Source: Scyliorhinus canicula (Eukaryota). From it: a stretch of DNA of 64,000 bases. Made by a program: the position numbers and the translations under genes. The stretch's first letter is position 1. Each line of letters begins with the position of its first letter. Positions 1-13,967 of the stretch are shown one piece after another. The DNA lies in the NCBI RefSeq assembly GCF_902713615.1, contig NW_024055900.1, forward strand, positions 62,001-126,000. Reading direction: 5' to 3'. A model generated the notes under the pieces. It was not told where the DNA came from, searched no databases, and worked only from the letters and a program-made list of their open reading frames with translations.

Positions 1-141
1 TCGACTCTTGGCTGGCTCCTAGTTTCGGCGTCCCCTTTAGTTCAGTGGGTTGGACAGCTGGTTCCCGATGCAGAGCACAGTGAGCAGGGCATCATCAATT
101 GATGATCATCAATTCACATATCAGCTGTGGCTACTTAGAGA

Positions 142-472
142 ACAGTACGGTAGCATTGATAGCCCAATTGCTTCACAGCTCCAGGGTCCCAGGTTCGATT
201 TCGGCTTGGGTCACTATCTGTGTGGAGTCTGCACATCCTCCCCGTGTCTGCGTGGCTTTCCTCCGGGTGCTCCGGTTCCTCTCAAAGTCTAAAGTCGGGC
301 AGGTTAGGTGGCTTGGCCATGATAAATTGCCCTTAGTGTCCAAAATTGCCCTTAGTGTTGGGTGGGGTTACTGGGATAGGGTGGAGGTGTTGACCGTGTA
401 GGGTGCTCTTTCCAAGAGCCGGTGCAGACTCGATGGGCTGAGTGGCCGCCTTCTGCACTGTAACTTCTATGA
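142..472 (+). mobile_element. HE1-type tRNA-derived SINE
   Basis: A/B-box head GGTAGCA...GGTTCGATT, core GGGTCACTGTCTGTG...TAGGTGGATTGGCC, and CR1-like tail; many further copies in the window. Confidence 0.9.
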
Positions 473-2037
473 TAATCTTAGTGTCCCTTAGTGTCCAGGG
501 ATGATCAGTGCACCATCTGATTGTATCCAGTGTTATTTCCGAGGTCAGTGCAGACTCTATGGGCCTTCTAACCTGCAGGGATTCTATATTTGACCCTGAA
601 TCTGCCTATTATTTTCCGAGATCTGATGACGTTTATTAATGCACTAGATGCTGCTTCTGTTTGAATTGTGGGCGCATTATTCCACATGTCTTTGAGATGG
701 AAACAATAATGTTTTGGACAAAGAATCGGTATCTGGCAATAACACGAAACGGGAGTTATAGTGTATACAGTGTATACAGTGTATGCAGCATTTGATATCC
801 ATTTTCAGTGCAGTTAGCAGAATTAGATTTCATATATCACTTCTTTGCTAGTGCACAAGGCAGATTTCTACCGCAGAGAACTGTATGAGTAGGAGGATGC
901 AGAGTATTGTGTTCCCATGTGATTGTAATTCTCGGATGTCTCGAGTATGGAAGGTACTGTTGAAGATGTCTTGGCGAGTTGCTGCAGTGCATCCCGTTGA
1001 TGTTAAACAATGCAGCCGCTGTGAAGGGATACATGATGCTTTATGGTCCTTTTCATAGATAGAATTCACAGTGCAGAAGGCGCTGTGAAGCAACTGTGCT
1101 AACCACTGTGCTGCCGTGTTGGCACATGGACTGGGTAGGTTGGTTGTCCACATGTTAAAGGAGATGAACGGATGCCCAGGGACAGAAAGAAGGGAGATTG
1201 CCTGTGACATGGATACAGATTGCAGATTGTCCTGAGTCGGCAGGGGAAATTGGACTGGTTGAAAGAAATGGGAAGATGGGGAAAGGACGATAATAATTGG
1301 GCAAAATAATTTGGAAAATAAACTGAAAAAACGGTGAGATAAAAGAATCAAACTACAATTTAATGTTTTAAAAAACGATAGGAGACGAGAATTCTAATGA
1401 TTGAATGAATGGGATATTACATCAATGTATCTGTAGAGGAAATCTGGTTCCCTCAGTGCATCAGCTCAGCGACAAGCTGCATTCAACGCTTAGGGAGTAG
1501 CCGTAGAATCAATCTGCAGCAGCAGACGCCTCACACAGGAGCAGAGAGGAATCATTCAGGAGGCTGCCACATGGCAGAATCTAGTCACCCCCACCCCTTC
1601 CCCATCCACACACACGCCACCATCACCACCTGGGATACTGACGACACCCCTCGGCAATGGGTTGTGAGAGACACAGAGCGAGTACTGGTGGATCGGCTTC
1701 TCTAAACTGGGCAGAAACATGTTTGACTGAGAGCTTGCTGCTGGACCAGGGAAATGTGCAGCTCACAACGACCGGCCTCACACCGCAGCAGGTTATAGAG
1801 TTTGGGGGTTAGAGAAGCCCTGTTCGAATATGTTTCTCTGCTATGTCTGCTGGTCGGATTGGATTCATCAGTTTGTTTTCTCAGCCCATGCTGGATACAA
1901 TTAGATGACAGTTTGATGGGAGCTGATGTGGTTTCCTCTCCCTTGTGTGACTGAGTGGCTGACAGCTCCGCTGCTCATTGTGGCTGCAGCTGCCCGCGAT
2001 CCTCCACATGCTTCAACAGATTGCAGTTTCCACCTAC

Positions 2038-2076
2038 AGTTTTTGTACAGGGATGCTGCTGCTTTTTATCACTGTG
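2038..2076 (-). other. 23-RSS
   Basis: CACAGTG + 23 nt + ACAAAAACT on the minus strand. Confidence 0.95.
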
Positions 2077-2538
2077 TCCCAGAAAGCGCAGTAATATACG
2101 GCAGTGTCAGTCAGCTAAGCCTCGATATACTTAAACTGATGAATTTCATCGAGGTCTGAAGATCCACAGAGAAACGATCTTCAGCAAAATCTGCTTTATA
2201 TTCAGCACCATTAGAATATTTCCTGATTATATATGTGGGCTGTGTGTCTGGGTGCTGTCGGTACCAGAGTAAGCTATAGCTGCTCGATGCAGTATCATAG
2301 GTACAGTTTAAAGTCACCCTTCCTCCTTCTGTCTCAACGTCCGAGGAAAACGGCTGAGTGACAGAATCTCCGTGACTCAGATCTGAAAGAAAATCAAAAC
2401 CGATCAGATATGATAATCGGCTGTTCAAATGTTATTTCATACCATGCTGAATACACAATGGAAACCATGAAAAATGTTAGTTCCAAAATTACCTGTTAGA
2501 AGAGCTCCCCACAGAAGCCAGAGGCTAAGTGGCCGCAT
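2077..2538 (-). pseudogene. TRAV/TRDV: TCR alpha/delta-type V segment with a 1-bp frameshift in FR3
   Basis: Leader exon 2538-2493 (MRPLSLWLLWGALLT, GT donor) and V exon 2382-2077 (DSVTQ...C...WYRQ). A missing base at ~2116 (CTT-AG-CTG versus CTG-CAG-CTG in the paralog at 25.6 kb) shifts DTAVYYCAFW out of frame. Confidence 0.92.
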
Positions 2539-5500
2539 TGTTGCTGCGCGCTCTGTGAAACGGGAGTTGGAAACTTGAAGACAGCCGATCTGATCCCCGC
2601 CCTGAATAATCTGCTGCCTTGTTTCCGGATGTTCTCATCTCACTTCCTTCTGTCGCCAATGAACCGGGAAGGTGGTTAGCTGTCCTTCCGTGTCTAGGTG
2701 TACGGATCAAACCTATGCCGACAATGTGACCCGGAAGCAGAGGCATTTTCCTGTTTTTAATAGCCTTTTTTCAGAATTCCATTCACGTTATTATTCGGAT
2801 AGTAGTAACAGTTACTCCAGTCAGATCTCACTCATGGTTCAGTTGACAACTTTATTTTCTCCTTCAATGTTTTTAAACGCCGCTGTCAGGAATCAGGCAT
2901 ATTTACACGTGAATCATCGTATCATAGAATCCAGACAGTGCAGAAGGAGACCATTCGTACCATCAATTCTGGACCCTCTGAAAGAGAACTTCACCCAACA
3001 AGGTAATGTGGGTCATTTTGAACGGTCACATCGATGTGATTTAGGGCGCCTGTTCAAGGAATAACCGGATATTGTCTCATGACAGTTGTTATGTGACCAT
3101 ACTGGGCCAACATTTATTGCCATTATCAGTTATGTGTCAAACACATATCTATGGGGAGCAGGTATGGATGACATATTTCCTTCTCTAAAGGGAATTAGTG
3201 ACAACGGTTAATGGTTTTCATTATACATTTCTATCCCACATTTTTATTGAATTTCAATTTCACCAGCTGCCGTGGTGGAATTCAATTCACCACGTCCTCC
3301 CCAGTTAAAGAACAGAGACATATTTCCAAGTCAGGATGCTGTGCGACCTAAAGGCAGACCTCCACATGGCAATCTTCACATGTATATGTTGCCCTTGTCT
3401 TTCGAGCTGGTAGAGCTGGCAACGTTTGAAGGTATTCCCAAAGGTGTCTTTGTAATTTGCTGCGGTGAATATTGCAGATGGCGCGCCCTGCTGCCAATGC
3501 GCACTGGTGGGTGATGTGAGTGAATGTTTCAGATGATGGATGAAGCGCAAATCAATGAGTCTTATCTTAGATGGTGTGAAGCTACTTGAGTATTATTGAA
3601 ATGGCGCTATTCCAGTCAAGTGGGGAGAATTCAATCACATGACTGGTATGTTTCCTATCGATGTTGGGCAGACTATGGAGATTGGAAATTAGTTCCTCGC
3701 CCCAAAATTCGCATTGTTTTGCCTGCTGTTCCAACTCCGTATTTATGTGATGGATCCAGTTAATGTTTCTGGTCAATGGCAACCTCCAGGGTATTTATGA
3801 TCGAGGACACAGTACCAAGGGTCGCTGGGTGTATTTGCTCTCGTTTGAGATTGACGTTGCATGCTACTTTTGTGGCATAGATATTAGCTGCCACTTATAA
3901 TCCTGATGCTGAATGTGTCCAGGCCTTTCTCTATGTGAGGCTCAAATGCTTCAATAATTCTGGGGACTGTAGCGAGACGGATGACATTGAAGCATCCAAA
4001 TAACGTCCACAAAGAGCCGGAGATAAATGTGTGTCTGAATGCACTGATACAGAGACCGAGATAAATAGCAGGAGTTTGTTAAAATGTAACAACAATCAAA
4101 CAGGAAGACTATTTCTCTGTCAGAGTAGCCGATAAACCCATGCCGTGCCGTGGGATTGGGATTGACATATTTCTGTATAGCCATGTGGACAGTGAGAAGG
4201 TAGGTTGAACATTGCTTAATTTAGATACAGTGCAACACATGAACAGAGAGACGAGAGATGGGTTGACTGGCACAGATGTAGAACTCAGATTTTACGGTAT
4301 CACTGAGACACATGGATCAGGGTTAGTGGAATGCAGGTTGTCGAAAACACGATGATTGGATGAGCAAAATCATTGAAACAGAGGCTAAAAACAGAGAGAT
4401 GGCAGAAAGAAACATTACAGATTGAAATCAAAGAATTCTCATGTGAAATAAGATAGTTCAATGTATACAATCGAAGGGATACTTGACCAAATCAATGGTG
4501 CTGGCGATTGCGGCTTCCCTCAGCGGAGAGACTATCTGCGACTCAATGGTTAATTGCAATCGTCATGGAGCAGGCAGTAGTCCCAGAACCATCGGCACAG
4601 TCCTCTCACAGGCCCAACAAGGAGGCATGTGGGAAAATGGGTATGGAGTGGAGAAATACATTTATTTCTTTGTGTTTTGTTGCGATCTGGGATGTGGCCC
4701 TTATGGTGATGGAGAAGATGACACTAAAGCAAATTTAAAAGTTGATTATCAGTTCAAAAGAAGAATCCTGGGCTGTTAGGAGTGGGTTAGATGTTTCCAG
4801 ATCTAAAAGGCGGTTGAAATTTCGCTTTCTAATAGGCAAACCTACTATAAACCAAATCCTCTCACCGGATCCGAGCTTTCTGTATTTCGGGTCACTTAAT
4901 GCCTTTCCCACACCATTGTTTCTCAGTCCCTTCGAAGAACGAGCAAGGGCAGGGTAGTCACAGACATCTATAGATTCAACTGTCGCTCTATCACTTGCGG
5001 AGACAGCTGAGGGTAACATGTACAATTTTGTCAGTTTGAATCTCATTGTCACCGGCCACTGCGTCCATTTGCTGCTGTCGCTCTGACAAGACCACGTAAT
5101 CAGAGAAATTGCTGCCGCATTTCCATTTCTGTGGTTGGGTGGATCAGCAGTGCAGTGACATTTCTGCGCCAACAGTACCTTTCCTGCACTCAATAGTGTC
5201 TGACTCATGAACAATCGTGGGGAGCCATTCCACCACACTCCTCATCACTATCTCAAATCACTGTGTCTTTCCGATATGATAAAGCTCCCGCGCGCTGCAA
5301 CTGAGAAATGACCATATCTGATGACAAGTAGCGATGTAGCATCTCAGACAAAAGAGGCAACCTCCAAGAACGCATAAACTTCCCCATTAACGACAATGGC
5401 AGAATCACCCTAACTCTGGTGCTCACATTTGTAAATTGTGATTAACACCATTATCAGCAAGCCAAAGCGAAACCTCAGCATGTTTACTTTAGTCATGCTA

Positions 5501-6940
5501 ATGTCAAAACATACTGGGCATCTACCTTAATGAACATCTATCATAATGTGCGTCAAACATAACGGGCATCCATCATTCTTGATACTAATGGCATATTGTG
5601 CAGCTGCATGACCGAAATAGTTTAATAGAGGTAATTAAGCAGGTGACTGTCAAACAGCTGGACAGTGGCCCAGGCCACGGCCAGTAGTTCACCCGATGCA
5701 GTAACAAAGGAATGTCCGCAAGTACAATCATCAATAATTTGTTGATAAACGGGGAATTGAGCCCTCCTAATGCTGTGGAACCTGTGCATAACGGTCGTGT
5801 GATCCGGTACCAGTTAGGTTGAAAGCAATTGAAACTCAGTTGGTCAGAATGTGGGGATTGTTGCTGTTTATTTTGCACCAAATAAAGGATCGAATTAGCG
5901 AGGGGGTGACTGAATTTCCATTTAATGTGATTAAGCGTTTATTCTTGTTGACTGTTGACATAGGCATTGACATTGACCATAGGCACCTGCACAGCTCATC
6001 CTCACACAATTGGACAACGGGAAATCCCGAATAGACAAACTTCCTCTCTGATTTCAATCAGCATCTCATTAATGTGCAAGTACTCATTATTTCCGCCAGA
6101 GGACGCCGTCCTCACATGTTCCTCCGAGACTCAGTTCAAACGTTTCACCCGTTAATGGAAATATATAGATTTGTAAATCCAATTCAGAACGTCGTTGCTT
6201 TAGTGCGTTTCAAAAATGTATTTTACAACTCACACGGATGTGGTCCGACATTCATGTTAAAATACAGCTTAATGTGTATCTTATCATACTCAAGGATTGA
6301 AAACAGTTCGGGCTTGAGGTTTTGATAGCTTCCTGAAGATGCTTTTCAAGCAAATAGAGATCGTAATTATTGACATTTGGAATGAAGTCACGTTCGTGGA
6401 GATCGGCTATAATCCAATAAACATGTATTCCCATCTAATTTGCCAGCATGCCCCATGTGATTCAGTTTAGCAGATTCGAACGGTCGGTCCTGATTGTTTT
6501 TCAGGCAGACATTAATGTTTTTTAAATCAGATTAAAGAAGCAGGAGCCAATATAGCCGTCCGTGAACTTACCAAAGGTAGGGTAATGCTGATCAGGTCTT
6601 CTCCAATAGCCAAAAAATTGATTCTACTAGACAAAGATTTTCAGTTGATTTCCTTCACTCTCAGTATCAAGTTAATGTTACTGACGTGGGGTGAAATGTA
6701 CTTAAACTGATGGTGCGATTCACAAGGTGAAAGTATCATTTCAGTCTCTTTGCGAATCTGTCCTGAAAGCTGTTTTTTTCTGTGACAGTCAGTATTTCTC
6801 CAGAATTAAGCACTGGAGAAAATCCATCTCAAAGTATAGACAGTTCAGAGGGAACATGGTTGCATGTAAACAGTGGAATTGTGTTCATACTTCCAGTCAC
6901 ACGTCCGGCAGTAGCATCAAATAAACAGATAATCCGAGGT

Positions 6941-7098
6941 CGGCACGGTACCACAGTGGTTCGCACATTTGCTTCACACAGACAGTGACCCGGGGTCTGA
7001 TTCCCTGCTGGGTCACTGTCTGTGCGGAGTCTGCACGTTCTCCCCGTGTCTGTGTGGTTTTCCTCTGGGTGCTCCGGTTTCCTCCCACAAGTCCCGAA
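6941..7098 (+). mobile_element. HE1-type SINE, 5' part
   Basis: Same head and core. Confidence 0.85.
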
Positions 7099-7475
7099 TG
7101 ATGTGCTTGTTAGATGTGCTTGTCATGTTTCCCTCAGTAAACCCGAGCAAGCGACAAGAGGATTCACAGGAACGTCATTCCCGTGTTACTTCTGACACTA
7201 ATAAAGATTATTATAAATGTCTGATTCGAGATCGTGCTTAAAATTAAGCAATGCAGACTATTTTTCTCACCAGATAGTCCGCATGCATTGTGTGACTGTT
7301 CAATCGGATAGTGTATATTCTGACTATCAGTATCTTTACAGAAAACAGCAAGCAGAAGGAGATTGTAATGGCCTGGGAGCCTCGCTCCCATCTCTGGTTT
7401 CCTGCTCTCGTCTCACACGTTTGGCATGCGGTTTGCTACTTGTTAGATTGCTGCAGCGATTGTAAAGAGGGTGGA

Positions 7476-7513
7476 GGTTTTTGTACAGCGACTGCACCTT
7501 TCCTCTCAATGTG
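7476..7513 (-). other. RSS, 23-class with a 22-nt spacer
   Basis: CACATTG + 22 nt + ACAAAAACC. Confidence 0.88.
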
Positions 7514-7946
7514 GGCTCTATCGCACAGTAATACACAGCGGTATCCGCAGTCTCTGTGTTTTCAATAACCAATTGGCCCCGTTTATCCGCAGTAGAAAGT
7601 TTCAATTCGAATCGACCCTCTCTCTCTTTTCCAGCCGATAATCGCCTTATTATCCACTCCAGACCCTGACCAGACTTTTGTCTGTACCAATACATTCCGT
7701 ATATGTTGGACATGTCGTAGCTGCAGTTTAGCTGCACAAAATCCCCGTTCTGGGCTGTTCTTGCAATGGGACTTTGTAAAACTTGCTCCGAGCGACATCG
7801 ACCTGTGAACACATTCATACAATGAGACAGTGGAGTAACACCGATAAAAAATAAAATTTCTCCACAGGTTTGAAAGTACATTTCCAGCACCTACAAGCTA
7901 GTAACACCAGAATGAAAGGCAGCTTCAATTGCACCGTGTAACACAT
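7514..7946 (-). CDS. TRAV/TRDV: TCR alpha/delta-type V segment, intact (leader + V exon)
   Basis: Leader 7946-7895 MCYTVQLKLPFILVLLA with GTAGGT donor; V exon 7802-7514 with Cys, WYRQ and DTAVYYC all in frame. Confidence 0.93.
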
Positions 7947-9179
7947 CCTTAAATAGAAATGGCAATAAGAAAACGGAGCACAGCTCAGATCAGAAGAGCA
8001 CGAAGTGGATCAACGTCTTCAACATCCGGCTAATGTAAGCGCCGGATAAAGGTTAGGCCACTCTATCCTGCGATTTGATTGGCTGGAATCAGGCTTTGTT
8101 CTTCCGATATGAGCAGGTGGATTGTTGATCAGCTTCTCCGTCCACTGACGCATGAACAGATCAATTATCCATGCACCAGACTGCTGCTTGATGCAGTACC
8201 TTTAATTGAAAAGCGTGGTTAAAGTTTAACTGTTGAGCCATAAAGTTGTTGATTACAAATTCAGGTTTTGCTTAATTTTTAAATTTATGATAAGCGCATG
8301 ATCAATAACATGTTGGAAATATTTGCATAGTTTATTTTCACAGAACTCATTGATTCCTCTTGATTTTCTCGCAGTCCCATTGTTCTCCAAACTCCCCATT
8401 TAATTTCTATTTGTATAATCTGGAGGACAGCGGTTCAAATATGCAGCTCACCGCCGGTTTCTAAAGGGATGGGCTATCAATGTTGCAGCCAGTGAAGCCT
8501 TGAAGGAACAAGCAAGCAGGTTCTCGTCCTTCAGAGGCCATTGTATGTCTATTACTCTTCTTTTCTATCCTCAAGGCAGTCATAATAGTTAGAGTTAAGC
8601 ACTGATCCTAAGAAACTCTGGCTTTTGTGCCACAATAACATTGGCTAGTCGGCGCGACAGACTCATCGTCATCGAATGACACCCTGCAGATTATTTTCGT
8701 TCCCTTGTATAAGGACAAACTGACCATAGGCTTTTTCGATGCAACGTGAGATCTAAGTATTTATTTTAATGATATGTGGGCATGTGCTTATTACAAAAAT
8801 GCAGGTGAACACAAGAACATAAGAAACACGAGGAAAAAAGAACATCGGCATCTCGATCCTAAACCCTGGGCCAATAAGATCGCCGATATTCGCCTTAACT
8901 CCAATTTCCAGACGGCCCACATGAACACTGATTCGCCTGAAGTTCAAACATTTCATTGGAAATCAGAATCACAAGTAGGGATAGACGAACTGAACGTTGA
9001 AAGTGACGACGGTGAATAGTGTCCACTTTGAGCAGGGAGAAAGGACAACCCGCGAATCAGCTTCTCACATACTGCTCATGAATGTTCCGACAGGTTGGAA
9101 AACATTTTCACAAATGTAGAAAAATCGAGTGAATCCGAATATAGAAGAATCTCTACACAGACTTTATTCGCTAGAGCCT

Positions 9180-12100
9180 GTGTAAGATAACATTAAATAT
9201 AACTCGCCAGACACCGCTGGATATAAATAACGGTGTATCCATCTGTATTTGTGTTGGAGTGTGTGTGCTGTGCCTGTGCTGTGTGTGTACGTTGTGTGTG
9301 TATTTGTGCTTGTGTATGTGTGTGCTTGCGTGTTTGGGCATCCCTGTGATATATGTATTCATCAGTTTGTATCGGAACTTATGCCTGGCCAGTTATCTGC
9401 CTGTGTGTCTGCGTTTGTGTGCCTGTGTTTGCGAGTACGTGGTCGAGTATGCATATCCGTGTGTGCATCTCCAAATGTTTGTATGTGTGTCTCTGCAGGT
9501 ACCAATGTAGGTTTGTCGAGATCTTCCCCGAGCGCTATCCTGCTCTGGACACAGGAGGGCGCTACTTCATCATTTGTTAAATGATATTCAGCCAAAGTGC
9601 CCGTTCATAACTTCCAAATATATTATCAGTTAATGTATCCTTCCTACATTCATATTATATTTCCCACATTAAAATAATTTACGGGTCACTTCAACTCCAG
9701 GCAGCTTCAATTTTCAACTTAACGAAAGGACAAAAGAAGCATTGTGAGTGAGAAAGGCGGAGAAAATCATATTGTGAAAATGGAATGAAGCAGCAAGAGG
9801 CACGCAGACAGAGAGAGAGAGCGCATGCAGATAAAGACAAAAAGTGAAAGAGGGAATGCGGGAAAGCGAGAGAGAGAAGGGGAAGTGGGAGACCGGAACA
9901 ACGAGAGACTATGAAGAAAACTGAAGGAGAAGCACCAAGAAATAGGCACCTGCAACGGATGCTGAGTGGAGCAAAGAAATGCACAGAGGCTGTTTAGCAC
10001 AGGGCTAAATCGCTGGCTTTGAAAGCAGACCAAGGCAGGCCAGCAGCAAGGTTAAATTCCCGTGAGAGCCTCCCCGAACTGGCGCCGGAATGTGGCGACT
10101 AGGGGCTTTTCACAGTAACTTCATTTGAAGCCTACTTGTGACAATAAGCGATTTTCATTTCATTTCCATCAGCGTGGGTGTGTGTGGATGTGTTCGTTTG
10201 TGTGTTTGTGCATACTTATCCATCCAAGTGTATTCGTGTTTATCACAGAATCCCCACAGTGTAAAAGGAGGCCATTTGCCCCATCGAATTTGCACCTACC
10301 CTTCGAAGGAGAACTCTGCCGAGGCTAATCCTCCGCCCTATCCCTGTAACCCCATAATCGTTTGGACGCTCATGGAAAATTTCGCTTGGCCAATGTAAGC
10401 AACCAACACACCGTTAGACTGTAGGAGGAAACGGGAGCCTGTGGAGGAAACCCGCGCAAACTCCGCAGCGGCAGTCACCCAAGACTGGAATTGAAGCCGG
10501 GTCTCTGGCGCTGTGAGGCAGCAGTGAAAACCACTGTGCCAGCGTGCTGTGTGTGATTTGTTTGTGTTTGTGTGCGTTCGAGTATGTTTGTATGTGTGTG
10601 TCCATGTTTAGAACATAGGACTTACAGTGCTGAAGGAGGATATTCGGCCCACCGAGTCTGCACCGACCCACCTAAGCTCTCACCTGCACCCTACCCCCGT
10701 AACCCAATAACCCCATCCCAACCTTTTTGGTCACTAAGGGCATCTTATTATGGCAGTCCACCTAACCGGGGCTGGTTTAGCACAGTGGGTTAAGACAGCT
10801 GGCTTGTAATTCAGAACAAGACCAGGAATCGCTGGTTCAATTTCTGTTCTAGCCTTCCCGAACAGACGACGGAATGTGGCGACTAGGGGCTTTTCACAGT
10901 AACTTAATTAAAGCATATTTGTGACAATAAGTGATGATTATTGTTATTATTATAAACCTGCACGTTTTTGGACTGTGGGAGGAAACCGCAGCAACTGGAG
11001 GATCCCCACGCAGACACGGTGAGAACATGCAGACTGCACACAGACAGTGACCAACAGGGAATCGAACCTGGAACCCTGGCGCTGTGACGCCACAGTGCTA
11101 ATCACTTGTGCTACGGTGCTGCCCACAAACAAACGTTTGTCCGTGTATTTGTGATTTTGTGCATGTCGATGTGTGTTGGTCTGTGCTTCTGTGTGTATGT
11201 CTGTGTATATCTGTGCGTGTGTATTGCGTGTATCTATGTTTTTGACTGTCTGACAGTGTCTGTGTGTGCCTGTGTGGGTCTGTGCGTGCGTTTGTGAGTG
11301 TTTGTTGGTGTGTGTCTTTGGTTTGTGTGTGCGCGCGTGCATGCCTGTGTGTCAGTGTTTATGAGTATGTCTGTGTGTTTGTGTCTGTGAATGTCTGCTG
11401 GTTCGTTGGTGCCTGTGCGTGTCAGTCTGCCTTTGTGTTTCTGCCTACCTGATTTTGTGTCTGTGTGTGTGAATGTTTGTGTGCCAGTGTGTGTGGGTGT
11501 ATGTGTGTGTCTAGCTGTGTCTGTACTTGCCTTGGTGTTGATTTGTTTATGTTTGTGTATGTTGGCATGTCTATCATCTCTGTGCCTTAGTGTGTGTGTG
11601 TGTGCGTTTGTCTGTCTGTAACGGGGGGTATGGTAGCCAACTGGTTAGCACAGTTATTTCACAGTTCCACGGTCCTAGGTTCGATTCCCGGCTTGGGTCG
11701 CTGTCTGTGTGGTGTCTGTCTGTTCTCCCCGTGTCTGCGTGGATTTCCTCCGGGTGCTCCGGTTTTCTCCCACAGTCCTAAGGTGTGCAGGTTAGGTGGA
11801 TTGGCCATGCTAAATTCCTTGTACTGTCCAAAAAGTTTGGGTTTGGGTTTGGCCTCAGGTAGGGTGCTCTTTCCGAAAAGGGCCGGTGTGGACTCGATGG
11901 GTCAAATGGCCTCATTCCGCACTGTAAATTTTATGATACTATAATGTCTGGAGGTGTATGTGTGTTTGCGTTTGTGTGTGAGAGTGAGTGTGCCGATGTG
12001 TATGTGTGTGTGTGTCCATCTGTGTATTTATCTATTTAGCTGTGTGTCTGTCTGTGCCCTTGAGGTGTGCCTGTGCCTGTTTTTCTGTATTTTGTGTGTG

Positions 12101-12500
12101 GTTCTATGTGTCCGTGTTGTCTCTGTGTCCGTATGTCTCGTTTTGCGTTTCTGTGCGTGAGTGTATGTGTCCCTGTGATTGTGTTTTCCTGTGTGTTGTT
12201 TTATTTGTGTGATTGTTTGTGTGTGATTTTGTTTTGTTTTGCGTGTTTATCTGTGCGTCTGTTTGCCCGCGTTTCTATCTTGTTGCATGTTTATTTATGC
12301 ATGTTTCTTATCTAGAGGTGACCGTGTGTCTGTGCTTGTTTGTCTGTGTTTGTGTGCATGTATGTGTGTCTGTTTTTGTGTCCAAGTATGGGTGTCTCAG
12401 TGTGTGAGAAAATGTGTGCGTGCCTGTCTATACGTGTATCTGTGCTTCGGGTGTGTGCGTGTGATTGTGCCTGTATTTCTTTGTGTGTGTGTGTGTCTGA
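9180..12500. repeat. Degenerate (TG)n-rich low-complexity tracts interrupted by SINEs and a GA-rich stretch
   Basis: TG-rich blocks at about 9240-9495, 10180-10230, 10545-10605, 11130-11615 and 11950-12510. Confidence 0.9.
11625..11942 (+). mobile_element. HE1-type SINE
   Basis: Full head, core and tail. Confidence 0.88.
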
Positions 12501-12984
12501 GTGTGCGCATGTTAGAATCTGCACCTGACGATGCACAAAGAGAGATGGGGTGAGAAGCGCGATGTAGTCAGGCGGACTTCGGGCGGAAACAGGTGAGGGT
12601 GGATGAGTTTGTTTCACACCAGTGATACTGATTGGTTGACAGTTCGTATCTGTTTCTAAAATCAGCCAATCCCCGTCGTGAGCAGCACCCTTAGTGTCTG
12701 AATAAGGGCAGTAATCCGTGGTCAGTTTTACTTTTAAATCTGAGAACACAGTTTAAATCATCCCGTTGTGCTAATCGGACTGTACACCACATACCATGTG
12801 CTGCGTATACCCTTCACTGACAATCATGGTTCAGTGCCTTCACTGCAGTCCTCGTTTCTGCTGTGAGGAGAACAATTTCACCCTCTACCCTCCCTCTACA
12901 TTATTATTATTAATCAGAAATGAAAGAGCTTTGCTCTGACTGGCTGAATCGTGAAACAAACGAAGGATGTCATCTGCCGTTTGT

Positions 12985-13248
12985 GTCATAGAATCCCAAC
13001 AGTGCAGAAAGAGGCCATTCGGCCTATCGAGTCTGCAGGGATACTTAGATCGACCATCCTACCTAGACCCAATCGCCCGCCCTGTAACCGCACCTAACCT
13101 TGCTCATCTATGGGAGAAAACCGGAACACCGAAGGAAGCCCACACAGAATATGAAAACTCCACACAGGTTCAATTCCCATCCCAAGGCCGGAATTGAGCC
13201 CGGGTCCCTGGCGCTGTGAGGCTGCAGTGCTACCCACTGTGCCACGGT
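12985..13248 (-). mobile_element. HE1-type SINE
   Basis: Reverse-complement match. Confidence 0.8.
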
Positions 13249-13762
13249 ATTATTTATGTTGCTGTATGTTAATTAACTGAAATATATGAAAACTATAATT
13301 GTTCTGTATTCTCTATGATCGGGGAGCTGATAAATCACCTTGTGGGTGTTTAGCTCCCCTTCTATAGCTTGAATAAATGCGTTGTAAACTGAAACTATTT
13401 GCGTGTCGTCTGGTCAGAGGAACACTGTCGGTGTGAAGATTGATATTCACAGCATCTATTCCGTGACAAATATACAACAGCAGAGGGATACAGCAGATAT
13501 ATTACTGTTAATCCCCGGAATAAATGTCACATTAAATATTTCACAGACTGGATATCTGCATTGGCGAACCGTGGGCTTTCTGCACAATCAGTTCCGAGAT
13601 GTGAGAGAACACTTTTAGAATTATTTAAGAAGCAGGCCCTCCTGTGGAAGTTCGTCGCCTTCTACTCAACAGGGCGGATCCAAGAATAACCAATTTCGAA
13701 TAAAACAATTTACACTCGGTGCGAATTTCAGATTCAATTTCACTGCTTGCCCCTCTCAAATC

Positions 13763-13770
13763 TGACGTCA
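13763..13770 (+). promoter_or_regulatory. Perfect CRE (TGACGTCA) about 200 bp upstream of a V leader
   Basis: Exact palindrome; CRE-like elements are known in TCR V promoters. Confidence 0.5.
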
Positions 13771-13967
13771 TGAATCGGAGAGCACAGAAACTGCGAGTTG
13801 ATTGGATAATTTGAAGAATAATGGATTGATTGGTTATCCCCTAATGTCTGTCAAGAACTAGCCAATCCGCAAAGAGGCTGGATATGAGTCAACCTCCACC
13901 CGGTTCTTGAGTGAAAACTTTCAGGTGGAAGAAGCCTCTTCAAATCCTCCATCATCTCTGTGTGAAC

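Noticed and set aside
50-401. Recurrent short ORFs ending ...GFPPGAPVSSHSPKMC...
   Set aside because: Translations of HE1 SINE copies; the CACAGTG in their A boxes lacks nonamers
5590-5990. Possible V relic on the minus strand (LSFNC...NWYR)
   Set aside because: Cys-Trp spacing is wrong, and there is no YYC or RSS
8321-8328. Octamer ATTTGCAT (also 21213-21220) upstream of V genes
   Set aside because: About two hits are expected by chance in 64 kb, and the position is not conserved in paralogs
9500-9595. Exon-like island (ctgcag|GTACCAATGT...) within the TG tract
   Set aside because: No recognisable protein match in any frame and no clear donor
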